A stretch of DNA of 64,000 nt from Thermoproteota archaeon (GTDB lineage Archaea > Korarchaeota > Korarchaeia > Korarchaeales > Korarchaeaceae). The stretch is from NCBI GenBank assembly GCA_027491415.1, contig JAOZFH010000007.1:17266-81265 (forward strand), written 5' to 3'. Shown in pieces: positions 28,524 to 38,402 of this stretch. The notes beneath the pieces were generated by a model. The model was not told the origin of the DNA. It saw nothing but the letters and a program-made list of their open reading frames with translations, and did no database searches. A program made the translations under genes and the position numbers. Every line of letters starts with the position of its first letter. The first letter of the stretch is position 1.

Positions 28524-29591
28524 TTGGGGTACGGCCGGTACATCGTAGTTAGAGTGCTAAACGCTTTACTAGTGCTGGTTATAGCGGTCTTCCTAGTCTC
28601 CCTCATCTTCTCCAGCGTTGCAGACAGGGAACTCCGTGCGCAGATAGAGGAGCAAATTGCCGCCCAGATGAAGAACCCCGAGTTGCTGAAGATCTTCTCC
28701 GTGAACAAGACTGCGAGGGACATATGGTATCAGACGCAGAAGGAGATCCTCTACAAGAGGTACGGCCTCGACAGGCCCCTGCTCCAACGGGTCATGTCAC
28801 GGGCCATTGATCAGCTCAAGCTAGACATGGGGAAGTCTCACACCCTCAGGTCCGCCACTGGATCCAGCGACGTGTCTAGGATAATACTGGAGGCCCTGCC
28901 GAGGACGATCCTCCTCTTCACCACTGCGACCATAATAGTCACGATAATCGGCCTGATCCTCGGCCTCAAGGCGGCCCAGAGAGCCGGCAGCATGCTCGAC
29001 AAGTCCCTGTCCATATTCGCCCTGATCACCTACAGCTTCCCGATGTGGTGGGTCGGGATGCTCGCCATCATCTTGTTCTCCTACTACCTCGATCTGCTTC
29101 CCTCCGGCGGCATGACCTCCATACCCCCGCCGGAGGGCACGCTGGAGAGGATCGCAGACATAATCTACCACATGATCCTACCAGTGTCGACCGCCGTCTT
29201 GGTGAGCTTCGGAGGGTGGGCGTATACCGCGAGGAGCGTAGTTCTCAGCCAGTTCCAGGAGGACTACGTAATGGCCGCTCGGGCCAAGGGCGTGCCAGAG
29301 AGGAAGGTCCTCTACAAGCACGTGCTGAGGGCCGCGGCCCCGCCGATCGTAACGATGATGGTCTTCGGCCTCCTGGGCTCGCTGGGCGGCGCGATGATAT
29401 CCGAGATAGTGTTCAACTGGCCCGGCATGGGGAGGCTGTACTGGATCGCGCTGCAGGAGCACGACGTCCCGGTGCTCCTCGGAAACACCACATTCAGCAT
29501 AATCCTTTACCTCGCGTCGCTTGTCATAATGGACCTGATCTATGGCCTGCTCGATCCGAGGGTGAAAGTCGGGGCCCAGGTGGCGGTCTGA
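28524..29591 (+). CDS. oppB: Oligopeptide ABC permease
   Basis: YGLDRP, SFPMWW, DYVMAARAKG, FNWPGMG, DPRVK. Confidence 0.92.
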   Translation: MGYGRYIVVRVLNALLVLVIAVFLVSLIFSSVADRELRAQIEEQIAAQMKNPELLKIFSVNKTARDIWYQTQKEILYKRYGLDRPLLQRVMSRAIDQLKLDMGKSHTLRSATGSSDVSRIILEALPRTILLFTTATIIVTIIGLILGLKAAQRAGSMLDKSLSIFALITYSFPMWWVGMLAIILFSYYLDLLPSGGMTSIPPPEGTLERIADIIYHMILPVSTAVLVSFGGWAYTARSVVLSQFQEDYVMAARAKGVPERKVLYKHVLRAAAPPIVTMMVFGLLGSLGGAMISEIVFNWPGMGRLYWIALQEHDVPVLLGNTTFSIILYLASLVIMDLIYGLLDPRVKVGAQVAV

Positions 29592-29600
29592 GATAAGGAG

Positions 29601-31037
29601 GTGTCTGGCGTGCGCTGGGAGGATTTCAAGGCCAGCCTATCGGACTTCTGGTTTGAGTTCAGGAGGGAGAAGAGCGGGATAGTGGGGATGGTCATCCTGA
29701 TATTCTTCATAGTTCTGGCGGTCTTCGCGCCGTACATAGCTCCCGCCGACGCAAGCGCCCATTGGCGAGACGTTCCCTACTGGCAGAACCTCCCCAGGGC
29801 CGTGCCACCAGCCTGGACAAACGTGTTCTCCACCAAGAAGAAGCCACCCCACCTGATCCTGCAGCCTGCCTCCACCGATGTCCGCCAGATGGGGCAGATA
29901 ACGGAGAACACATTCGTGTTCGAGTACGACTTCACCTACGACGACTATCCGACGGACCTAATGCTCCTGATATCCGCCAACATAACAGACCCTGCGAAGC
30001 CGCCCACACTCGTCCTCACAGCGACTAGGCCCGATGGGACCACGGTAGACCTGGTGTCCACCAAGCTCGCCGGGAGCGGGGTAGGAGAACAGAGGCTCTT
30101 GATCTCATCGCTGAAGGACTTCAAAGCCCGACTAGTGGGCTTTGCGAGGGAGTACGAGAACCCGGAGGTCGCCTCCACGCTGGAGTACCAGCTCATAGAT
30201 CCCATGAGGATACTCTTCTCAGAGGCCAAGGAGGGCATTATGACTGCCAAGGGCGCAGCCCCCCTCAAGGGCAAGTACGTCTTCACCGCGAAGGTGTACA
30301 CATTCAATCCGGCCGACGAGATTTCTGAGCCTAAGCTCGTCATGGCAGGCAAGGTCTACGGACTCTTGGGCACCGACACCCTGCGGAGGGATCTCTTCTC
30401 CGGCCTGGTCTGGGGAACGAGGGTCTCGCTTGCGGTGGGGATCGTGAGCTCCGTCCTGACCACGCTAATTGGAGTGATCTACGGGGTGGCGAGCGCCTAC
30501 TTCGGGGGCTGGACCGACGAGGCGATGCAGAGGGTGGCGGAGATCGTCGCCTCGATCCCCGTTCTGCCCCTCCTGATCATCATCTTCGAGTTCTACAAGC
30601 CCACGATCTGGCCTGTGATCATTCTGATGACCCTCTTCTCCTGGCCTGGCACGAACAAGGTCGTGAGGAGCATGGGGTTCCAGCTCAAGGAGATGCAGTA
30701 CGTCGAGGCGGCTAGGGCCCTGGGCGCCGGCGGCAGGTGGATAATACTGAGGCACATGATGCCCCAGATCTTGCCGTACGTCTTCGCCTCCATAGCTCTG
30801 GGCGTTCCCGGCTACGTGCTTCTAGAGGCGGGGTTGTCGTTCCTGGGATTGGGCGACGTCAGCAGGGTGACCTGGGGGCAGATACTCCACGACGCGCAGG
30901 GATCCGCCGCCGCCCTCAACGGGATGTGGTGGTGGGTCGTGCCCCCTGGGCTCGCCATAGCGATGCTAGGCCTCTCCTTCGCGCTCCTCGGCTCGGCGCT
31001 GAACAAGATCCTGAGTCCGAAGATGAGGACCCTGTGA
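29601..31037 (+). CDS. oppC: Oligopeptide ABC permease with large extracytoplasmic insert
   Basis: LLGTDTLRRD, YVEAARALGA, LSFLGLG, WWWVVPPG. Confidence 0.9.
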   Translation: MSGVRWEDFKASLSDFWFEFRREKSGIVGMVILIFFIVLAVFAPYIAPADASAHWRDVPYWQNLPRAVPPAWTNVFSTKKKPPHLILQPASTDVRQMGQITENTFVFEYDFTYDDYPTDLMLLISANITDPAKPPTLVLTATRPDGTTVDLVSTKLAGSGVGEQRLLISSLKDFKARLVGFAREYENPEVASTLEYQLIDPMRILFSEAKEGIMTAKGAAPLKGKYVFTAKVYTFNPADEISEPKLVMAGKVYGLLGTDTLRRDLFSGLVWGTRVSLAVGIVSSVLTTLIGVIYGVASAYFGGWTDEAMQRVAEIVASIPVLPLLIIIFEFYKPTIWPVIILMTLFSWPGTNKVVRSMGFQLKEMQYVEAARALGAGGRWIILRHMMPQILPYVFASIALGVPGYVLLEAGLSFLGLGDVSRVTWGQILHDAQGSAAALNGMWWWVVPPGLAIAMLGLSFALLGSALNKILSPKMRTL

Positions 31038-31047
31038 GGTGTTTGCG

Positions 31048-32010
31048 ATGCCCCTGCTAGAGGTAAGGAACCTGAAGGCCTATTACCTGACCAGTAGGGG
31101 GCCCGTCAAGGCCGTGGACAACGTCTCCTTTGATCTTGAGAGGGGGGAGTCCCTGGGTCTGGCGGGCGAGTCCGGCTGCGGGAAGAGCACCCTCGGCTTT
31201 TCCCTCATCAACCTGCTTCCGCCGCCGGGGAAGATCGTTGACGGGAGCATAAAGATAGACGGGATAGAGGTTGTGGGCAAGCCGGACGAGGAGCTTAGGA
31301 GGGAGGTCCGGTGGAAGAAGATCTCGATGATATTCCAGGGAGCCATGAACGCCCTCAACCCTGTCCTGACGATCGGCGACCAGCTCTCTGAGCCTCTAAT
31401 ATATCACCAGGGCGTGTCAAAGGTGGAGGCCACAGAGAGGGTGAAGGAACACCTCGAGCTGGTGGGACTCGACCCAGACATCTACAAGAGGTACCCGCAC
31501 GAGCTAAGCGGCGGGATGAAGCAGAGGGCCGTCATCGCCATGGCCCTGCTGGAGCACCCGGACGTCATCATAGCGGACGAGCCGACAACGGCTCTCGACG
31601 TCATCGTTCAGGCTCAGATCCTCAATCTTCTAAAGTCCCTGAAAAAGAAGCTTAACCTCTCCATAATCTTCATCTCCCACGACCTGGCGGTCATATCGGA
31701 GATAGCCGACAGGCTCGCGATAATGTACGCTGGCGAGATAGTTGAGATAGGACCCTCCGAAAACCTCTACCTCAACCCGCGACACCCATACACTCAGAAG
31801 CTGCTGGGCGCGATTCCGAGGCTGAAGAAGAAGGTGGAGAGACTGGAGTTCATTCCGGGAGCCCCGCCCAACCTGATACACCCGCCATCGGGCTGCAGGT
31901 TCCACCCGCGCTGCCCGTACAGGTTCGAGCCCTGCGACAAGGAGGAGCCGCCGTTCATAGAGGTCGAGCCGGGCCACTACGTGAGGTGTCACCTGTTTGC
32001 CAAGAGGTGA
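31048..32010 (+). CDS. oppD: Oligopeptide ABC ATPase
   Basis: GESGCGKS, LSGGMKQR, ADEPTTALD, HPYT, CRFHPRC. Confidence 0.93.
   Translation: MPLLEVRNLKAYYLTSRGPVKAVDNVSFDLERGESLGLAGESGCGKSTLGFSLINLLPPPGKIVDGSIKIDGIEVVGKPDEELRREVRWKKISMIFQGAMNALNPVLTIGDQLSEPLIYHQGVSKVEATERVKEHLELVGLDPDIYKRYPHELSGGMKQRAVIAMALLEHPDVIIADEPTTALDVIVQAQILNLLKSLKKKLNLSIIFISHDLAVISEIADRLAIMYAGEIVEIGPSENLYLNPRHPYTQKLLGAIPRLKKKVERLEFIPGAPPNLIHPPSGCRFHPRCPYRFEPCDKEEPPFIEVEPGHYVRCHLFAKR
31891..31978 (+). repeat. 88-bp exact direct repeat, copy 1 (3' end of oppD)
   Basis: Identical to 32898-32985. Confidence 0.9.
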
Positions 32011-32015
32011 GGAGC

Positions 32016-33017
32016 GTGGCGGAAGTGGTGGTTAAGGTAGAAAACCTGAAGAAGTACTTCCCGCTCAGGAGATCCGTCGTTGAGTTCCTTAGGGGATCTC
32101 CACCGCGGAGCGTGAAGGCAGTGGACGATATTTCCTTTGAGATCCACAGGGGCGAGGTCTTCGCGCTGGCGGGCGAGTCCGGCTGCGGGAAGACGACCAC
32201 GGGGAGGTTGATCGTGAAGCTCCTCGAGCCCACGTCTGGGAAGATCTACTTCAACGGGACCGACGTAACGACCCTCAGCAGGGAAGAGGAGAAGGAGTAC
32301 AGGAAGAAGGCCCAGATAATCTTCCAAGATCCCTACGGCTCGCTCAACCCGAGGTTCAGGGTCTACAACGTTCTGGAAGAGCCGCTTATCCTGCAGGGCA
32401 TCGGAGAGACGAAGTCAGAGAGGGAGGAGCTGATCATAAGGGCCCTAGAGAGCGTGCGCATGGTTCCCCCAGAGGAGTTCTTGGGGAGGTTCCCGCACCA
32501 GCTCTCCGGAGGTCAGAGGCAGAGGGTTGCAATAGCCAGGGCGCTCATCCTAAACCCCGAGTTCATAGTGGCCGACGAGCCGGTGTCCATGCTAGACCTG
32601 TCGATCAGGGCGGAGATACTCAACCTGATGGAGGACGTGAAGAAGAGGTTCGGCCTGACCTACCTCTACATCACCCACGACCTTTCCACGGCTCGGTACT
32701 TCTCAGATAGGATCGCCATAATGTACCTCGGCAAGATCGTCGAGCTCGCAGATTCGGACACCCTAGTTGAGAACCCGCTGCACCCCTACACAAAGGCGCT
32801 CATAGCCGCCGTCCCTGAGCCCGAGCCCAGCATGAAAGACGTGATCAAGGAGATCCCCATCAAGGGAGAGGTCCCGAGCGCCGCCAACGTCCCGCCCGGC
32901 TGCAGGTTCCACCCGCGCTGCCCGTACAGGTTCGAGCCCTGCGACAAGGAGGAGCCGCCGTTCATAGAGGTCGAGCCGGGCCACTGGGTGGCCTGCCACC
33001 TGTACTCCAAGAGGTGA
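32016..33017 (+). CDS. oppF: Oligopeptide ABC ATPase
   Basis: GESGCGKT, LSGGQRQR, ADEPVSMLD, HPYT. GTG start after GAGGTGAGG. Confidence 0.93.
   Translation: MAEVVVKVENLKKYFPLRRSVVEFLRGSPPRSVKAVDDISFEIHRGEVFALAGESGCGKTTTGRLIVKLLEPTSGKIYFNGTDVTTLSREEEKEYRKKAQIIFQDPYGSLNPRFRVYNVLEEPLILQGIGETKSEREELIIRALESVRMVPPEEFLGRFPHQLSGGQRQRVAIARALILNPEFIVADEPVSMLDLSIRAEILNLMEDVKKRFGLTYLYITHDLSTARYFSDRIAIMYLGKIVELADSDTLVENPLHPYTKALIAAVPEPEPSMKDVIKEIPIKGEVPSAANVPPGCRFHPRCPYRFEPCDKEEPPFIEVEPGHWVACHLYSKR
32898..32985 (+). repeat. 88-bp exact direct repeat, copy 2 (3' end of oppF)
   Basis: Identical to 31891-31978. Confidence 0.9.
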
Positions 33018-33080
33018 GGGGGCAATTTGAGACACCGCGGCCCCCCACCCACCATTTTCGCGCTCTCTGAGCCTCCTCCA

Positions 33081-33290
33081 ATGGAGTCGATCGTTCCCCG
33101 GGCAGTCAGGCTGACTGTGCTGGGTCTGACCCTCCTTTTGATCGCTCTTGTGCTCTCCTTCGCCATGGTAATGGATTGGAAGACCCCGGATTTCCCAAGC
33201 GTCATGGTGGCGTTTATGTCGGCTGTGGCGGGGACCGTCCTGAGCTACTTGGGCCTGTATGGTCTCTTGGCGAGGCCTAGACGTGTTTAA
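33081..33290 (+). CDS. Small two-TM hypothetical membrane protein
   Basis: Two hydrophobic helices; ATG at 33081. Confidence 0.5.
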   Translation: MESIVPRAVRLTVLGLTLLLIALVLSFAMVMDWKTPDFPSVMVAFMSAVAGTVLSYLGLYGLLARPRRV

Positions 33291-33315
33291 GAACACTGGA
33301 CTCAGCTAAACTCGG

Positions 33316-34107
33316 TCAGAGGGCCTCTTCCTCTCTCCTCTTGGCCTTCACCATTCTCTCAACCACTTTGGGGGGGAGGGCAACGTCTTCTGCCCTCATG
33401 TCCCCCGGCCGGAGGACGACCAACCCGCGCCCATCCTCGATGGAGATCTCGTACATCCTGAGGTCGTGGGGGGTCTGCCTCATCTTCTCGACCATCACGT
33501 ACCTGCGCAGAACCCCGCTCCGCACGAACCTCCGAAAGCGGATGATGCCGTCGGCGACGTGCTCTATCCCCCAGCCAAAGGCCTCTGAAGTCGTTATGGC
33601 GTACTGGCTGACGGCTAGGACCGTGAAGTCCCACCTGGACAGGACCTTCTTCACGTAGTAGCTGTACTTCCTGGCCATAGCCGGCTTGTCGAGCCAGAAG
33701 GCGCTCATGCTGTCGATCACCAGCCTCGCCCTCCCGTAGCCTAGGTACCTCTTGGCCTTCAGGACGATCTCCACCAGGTCCTCCGGGTTGAGGGAGCGGA
33801 GGGACCACTGGTCGCTGGCCCTGCCCATGAGGGCGTCGATCACCACGGCCTTGCCCTCGGCGACGGCGCCCCTGAGATCCATGTTGAACTGCTCGGCCTG
33901 GCTCAGTATCGACTCTCTGCTCTCCTCCGTGGTCACGTAGACGACCTTGTCTCCCTCCTTAACCCCCTGCCACGAGAAGTGCAGGCAGAAGATGGTCTTT
34001 CCAGTCCCGGGCTCTCCCGTCACGGCTACGAGGAACCCCCTGGGTATGCCGCTGCCCAGCATGCCGTCAATTCCCGGGACGCCGGTGCTCAGCCTCTCTA
34101 CGGGCAC
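33316..34107 (-). CDS. KaiC/RAD55-like RecA-superfamily ATPase (single domain)
   Basis: LSTGVPGID, GEPGTGKT, VTTEE, LVIDS, EHVADGII, VEKMRQT. Confidence 0.9.
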   Translation of the reverse strand: MPVERLSTGVPGIDGMLGSGIPRGFLVAVTGEPGTGKTIFCLHFSWQGVKEGDKVVYVTTEESRESILSQAEQFNMDLRGAVAEGKAVVIDALMGRASDQWSLRSLNPEDLVEIVLKAKRYLGYGRARLVIDSMSAFWLDKPAMARKYSYYVKKVLSRWDFTVLAVSQYAITTSEAFGWGIEHVADGIIRFRRFVRSGVLRRYVMVEKMRQTPHDLRMYEISIEDGRGLVVLRPGDMRAEDVALPPKVVERMVKAKRREEEAL

Positions 34108-34185
34108 CTTGTAAGGAGGCCCCCTTCGGGCTCATAAATGGCGCGCTTAAGTGGTCCCTCTGCCGATGGGCGAGGTCGACCGAAG

Positions 34186-34620
34186 ATGCGTCGTCTGAGT
34201 CTTGAGGAAGCGGGTGTGTTCCACGGGCACCTGGGGCCCTACCTGACCCTGGGGTACCTTGCGGGGGAGCTGGCCGTCTCTCAGCTCGATCCCCAGTCGG
34301 AGTTCGACCTCACGGTCAGGGTCGAGCTCCCCCTGAGGAGGCCGGAGACCTGCTTCTTGGATGGCGTCCAGTGCTCGTCGCGCTGCACGCTGGGCAAGCT
34401 CAGCATCGAGGTTGCCGAGTCCCCCTCCGGCAAGGGGATTTTCGCCACCTTTATGAACGTCAAGTCGGGCGAGAGGCTAGAGGTCGCCGTGAGAGAGGAG
34501 GTCCTAGCGAAGCTCCGGTCGATGGAGGGAAGCCTGAGCGAAGCGGTAGACTGGGTCCTCTCTCAGCCGGTGGATTCACTCTTCAGGGTGCGCCGCTCGA
34601 GGGGCCCGAGCCTGGGCTGA
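34186..34620 (+). CDS. FmdE/FwdE family protein
   Basis: FHGHLGPYLTLG, CFLDGVQCSSRCTLGK. Confidence 0.85.
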   Translation: MRRLSLEEAGVFHGHLGPYLTLGYLAGELAVSQLDPQSEFDLTVRVELPLRRPETCFLDGVQCSSRCTLGKLSIEVAESPSGKGIFATFMNVKSGERLEVAVREEVLAKLRSMEGSLSEAVDWVLSQPVDSLFRVRRSRGPSLG

Positions 34621-35158
34621 CTTCCCCCAATTGAATCGCCTGCCAAGCCAAGAGGATTCCGAGCGCAGTCTTCAGGTCGCGAATGAGCCCCGTTCGGACC
34701 ATGCGGACGGCCTCTCGAAGCGGCATTCTCACGACCTCCAAGAACTCGTCCTCCTCTAAGTCGCGTTCAACGTGCTCCAGGTCCAGCCCCAGGAAAATCG
34801 CCAACCTCTCGCTCCCGTATCCAGGGGTGGGGTACCCTTCGAAGAGCCTGACCAACCTCCCCGCCCGCAGGCCCGCCTCCTCCACCAGCTCCCTGGACGC
34901 GCACTCCTCTAGGGTCTCCCCCTCCTCCCTGGTACCCGCGGGGATCTCCAGGAGGTCCTCGCCCACCGCGTACCTCCACTGCCTCACGAGATATACGGCC
35001 CCCGCCTCCACCGGGACGACGGCCGCGGCTCCCGGGTGTTCGACGAGCGGCCTCTCCCTCTCTCCAGACCTCGTCCGGATTCGGATCGCCCTGACTCTTA
35101 TCGGCCAGAGGACGAACTCGCCCCCAGGGCGCACCTCACCGCCTCTCTCCCCATCCAT
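34583..35158 (-). CDS. NUDIX hydrolase (ADP-ribose pyrophosphatase-like)
   Basis: HPGAA, QWRY, EIPAG, Nudix box RELVEEAG, DLKT. Confidence 0.9.
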   Translation of the reverse strand: MDGERGGEVRPGGEFVLWPIRVRAIRIRTRSGERERPLVEHPGAAAVVPVEAGAVYLVRQWRYAVGEDLLEIPAGTREEGETLEECASRELVEEAGLRAGRLVRLFEGYPTPGYGSERLAIFLGLDLEHVERDLEEDEFLEVVRMPLREAVRMVRTGLIRDLKTALGILLAWQAIQLGEVSPGSGPSSGAP

Positions 35159-36518
35159 TGAGCCTCACCCCCCGTAACGCCCTCAGGACCTCGTTAACGA
35201 GCTTCTCCGCCTCCCCTCTCAACTTGGACTCGGCGGTCACGCGTATCAGGGGTTGCGTGTTCGACGCACGTATCAGCACCCACGATTCGCCGAACCAGGC
35301 CTTCACCCCGTCCAGCCGATCGACCCTGTCTGCCGCCCCGGCAATCTTCTCGGCGACGGCCTCCACCACGGTCCTCTTCAGCTCGTCTGGACACTCGACC
35401 GAGGCCGAGGTCATGTGGTACCTGGGGAGAGAATCGACCAGGGCGGATAAGGGGCCCAGGCGATCGACGACCTCGACCATCTTCAGCGCAGCGAACGTGG
35501 CGTCGTCTGTCCCGCCGAGTTCGATGAAGTACAGGTGCCCGCTCCGCTCCCCACCCAGGACCGCGCCAACCTCCAGCATCTTCTCCTTGACGAACGCGCT
35601 GCCCACCCTCACCTCAACGGGTACCCCGCCGAGCCCCTTCACGACATCCCTCACGACCGACGAGGAGGAGACGTCGAAGACGACGGCCCCCCCCGGGTGA
35701 TCCTCCAGGTACATCATGCTCAGGATCGCGAGGGCTTGGTCTCCCGTCAGCACCCTACCGCGATCGTCAACGTAGGCGGACCTGTCGCCGTCTCCGTCGA
35801 ACGCCACGCCCAGATCGTACCCTCCCCTCCGAACCTCACCCCTCAGCTCACCCAAGTGCTCGGGTAGGGGCTCCGGTGGGTGGGATGGGAACCTCCCATC
35901 TATCTCTCCATTCAGAACCCTCACCTCGCATCCAATTTGACTCAAAGCCTGTGGGGCGGTGAGAGCGGCCACCCCGCTCGACGTATCCACCGCGACTCTG
36001 TGCGAGCCGCCGACGGACGCCAGGTCGGAGATCTCCGTGACGTATTCATCCAGGATCTCGAGCCCTCTTCTGGTGCCCCTCTCCCCGGACACGAGCATAC
36101 TGAGATCGGAAAGAGCCAGCTCCTCGACTACCTCCAGTCCGAACCCGCGAGCGAGCGGCTTAGCATCTTCTTTGACAAGCTTGAAGCCGTTCCACTCGGG
36201 GGGGTTGTGACTGGCTGTCACCATCGCTCCCCCTCTGGCCCCGAGTCTCCTGACGGCCCAGTAGAACGCGGGCGTGGGCACCATCCCGATGTCCAGCACG
36301 GAGCACCCGCGATCCAAGAGGCCCTCAATCACTCCGGAGGCCAATTGCGGGGAGGACAGCCGGCCGTCCCTGCCGACCACCACGTCGCCGCACCTGAGGT
36401 ACTCTCCCAGAGCGAGTCCAACCCTGTACGCCCCCCCCGCATCTAGGTCTCTACCGTAGACCCCCCTGATGTCGTACTCACGGAAACAGGTGCGCGACAG
36501 CAGGCCGTCACTTCCCAT
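35136..36518 (-). CDS. Phosphomannomutase/phosphoglucomutase
   Basis: FREYDIRG, TASHNP, DGDGDR, GERSGH, RASNTQP. Confidence 0.93.
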   Translation of the reverse strand: MGSDGLLSRTCFREYDIRGVYGRDLDAGGAYRVGLALGEYLRCGDVVVGRDGRLSSPQLASGVIEGLLDRGCSVLDIGMVPTPAFYWAVRRLGARGGAMVTASHNPPEWNGFKLVKEDAKPLARGFGLEVVEELALSDLSMLVSGERGTRRGLEILDEYVTEISDLASVGGSHRVAVDTSSGVAALTAPQALSQIGCEVRVLNGEIDGRFPSHPPEPLPEHLGELRGEVRRGGYDLGVAFDGDGDRSAYVDDRGRVLTGDQALAILSMMYLEDHPGGAVVFDVSSSSVVRDVVKGLGGVPVEVRVGSAFVKEKMLEVGAVLGGERSGHLYFIELGGTDDATFAALKMVEVVDRLGPLSALVDSLPRYHMTSASVECPDELKRTVVEAVAEKIAGAADRVDRLDGVKAWFGESWVLIRASNTQPLIRVTAESKLRGEAEKLVNEVLRALRGVRLNGWGERR

Positions 36519-37329
36519 AGCGCCTCTGCCTCCTCTGAAAGTCTCTGATGGCCCTGAGGAAGTCCACCTTCCTTAGAGCTGGCAGATAGGCCTCCATGAA
36601 GTAGAACTCGGAGTAGGCGGAGTGCCACAGGAGAAAGTTGCTTATGCGCTCCTCCCCCGAGGTCCTTATGATCAGGTCCGGATCGGGAACGTCCGGAAGG
36701 TAGAGGAACTTCTTGAACGTCCCCTCGTCTATCTCATCGGGGCTGAGCTCCCCAGCTTTTACCTTCCTGGCGATTTCCCTCACCGCGTCGATTATCTCAG
36801 CCCTCCCTCCGTAGGCGAGCGCCACGTTGACCGTCCGCTCCCCAAAGTCCCTCGTGGCTGACTCCAGCCGTCGGGTCGCTTCCTTGAGGTCCTCTGGGAG
36901 GAGATCGAGCCTGCCAATGAACCTAACCCTGACCCCCCTCCTCCTGAGGTCGTCGAGCTCGCTCCTGAGCCGGTCAATCTCCTCTCGGATGACTGACAGA
37001 ACGGCTCTGACCTGTTCCGGAGGTCTCGAGAAGTTTTCAGTCGAGAAGGCGAAAAGGGTAACGTGCTTGACGCCGATCTCGTCGCACCACTCAAGTATCT
37101 CCCTGACCTTCGCGGCCCCGAGCCTGTAGCCCTCAGCGATGTCGAGCCCCATCGATCTGGCGAACCTCCTGTTTCCGTCGAGGATTATCCCGATGTGCTC
37201 AGGAATCGCGCCCTCACGGACTTTGCGGGACAGGTACCTCTCGTATACGGGGATCTGTATCCTTCCCAGAAGGGAGTAGACGAGGTCCCCCAGCCTGACC
37301 GTGAGAGACCTTCCTCGGATCTCGGCGAT
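36508..37329 (-). CDS. uppS: cis-prenyltransferase (polyprenyl diphosphate synthase); probable ATC start at 37329
   Basis: In-frame extension upstream of ATG 37152 contains IPEHIGIILDGNRRFA; also FSTENF, YGGR, RTSGEERISNFLLW. Confidence 0.9.
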   Translation of the reverse strand: MAEIRGRSLTVRLGDLVYSLLGRIQIPVYERYLSRKVREGAIPEHIGIILDGNRRFARSMGLDIAEGYRLGAAKVREILEWCDEIGVKHVTLFAFSTENFSRPPEQVRAVLSVIREEIDRLRSELDDLRRRGVRVRFIGRLDLLPEDLKEATRRLESATRDFGERTVNVALAYGGRAEIIDAVREIARKVKAGELSPDEIDEGTFKKFLYLPDVPDPDLIIRTSGEERISNFLLWHSAYSEFYFMEAYLPALRKVDFLRAIRDFQRRQRRYGK

Positions 37330-37350
37330 GGGACCTCACCCCAGGCGCTA

Positions 37351-38280
37351 TCAGAGCTTGGTTAGCGCGACCTCCAGCTGCTCCCTCGGGATCTCGAACT
37401 CGACCACAACGACGCCGTCGCCGGAGTAGGATTCTGTGGGAGAGAGGCTCACGCCCTGCAGGGAGGAGAGGTTGGATACGGCGCGCTCGAGGACCTCTGG
37501 GCTCAGCTCACCCGTCCCCCCCGTCGCCGCAGCGGCCCGCAGCCTCACACCCCCCTCCTCGTCTATGCCGAGCGTGAGGACAACCCTCCTGGCCTGGACG
37601 CCTATGAGGTCTCCGCCGCCCGCCCTGAGCTTCAGTTGTCTGAGGCCGGAAGACGTGATTGCGAAGGCCTTCCTCATCCCCTCGTCGTCAAACAGCTTCT
37701 CACCCTCGGACAGCGTCAGGAGCTGCTCCAGGGCGGCCTTGGCCTCTTTGGGGGAGCCCCACACCAGGACCATCAGGTCATCTCTGAAGGCCGCCAGGGA
37801 GGCGTAGTCCCTGTCCCTCTTTCCATCCGGCATTCGGCCTACGGCGAAGAAGACGGTGAAGCCCGAGTGCCTGTATCTCAGAGTCCCACTCACGGCCATC
37901 GCCTTGTAGAGCCGCCTCGCACTCTCGTTCTTCAGTAGGTAAATCGTGGCTCTGGTGGGGACGGGAGAGTCGCAATCGGCCAGGCAGCCGCCCGGCGGGA
38001 GGACAAGCACCTCCACATCTTTTGGTGCGAAGGTCGCCCCCCTTACACCGAGAAGCTGTATGCTCGGCCCGGTGAGGTGCTTCTCCAGCTCGGGATCCCC
38101 CGACCAACGCCCAAGGAAGAGGGCGGTCACCTGATCCCAGCCCGTGGGCACCACATCCATCCATGGCTCGTGTTGGAACGTATACTCTCGCAGGGGGTTG
38201 TTACGAAGTCGCGGGTAAAGGAGCGCCACTGAGGCTACAGCTACTGCAACCAGCGCCAGGGCCGCGACTCTCCTCATCAT
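37351..38280 (-). CDS. Hypothetical membrane-anchored protein
   Basis: N-terminal signal/TM helix; 309-aa ORF heading the uppS-PMM-NUDIX run. Confidence 0.65.
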   Translation of the reverse strand: MMRRVAALALVAVAVASVALLYPRLRNNPLREYTFQHEPWMDVVPTGWDQVTALFLGRWSGDPELEKHLTGPSIQLLGVRGATFAPKDVEVLVLPPGGCLADCDSPVPTRATIYLLKNESARRLYKAMAVSGTLRYRHSGFTVFFAVGRMPDGKRDRDYASLAAFRDDLMVLVWGSPKEAKAALEQLLTLSEGEKLFDDEGMRKAFAITSSGLRQLKLRAGGGDLIGVQARRVVLTLGIDEEGGVRLRAAAATGGTGELSPEVLERAVSNLSSLQGVSLSPTESYSGDGVVVVEFEIPREQLEVALTKL

Positions 38281-38402
38281 GCTCGAGCGAGAACCGTCTT
38301 GGGATTATTTAAGGAAGATTTTGCGTTCTCCGTGCGGCGCTTCCGCCGCATCTACACCCTTACAAAGTATTTATCCCGCATGGGGGTGGTCCCGCGACGG
38401 AG

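Noticed and set aside
31891-32985. 88-bp repeat pair as a diversity-generating retroelement TR/VR
   Set aside because: Copies are identical with no adenine-specific differences, both are coding, and no reverse transcriptase is present.
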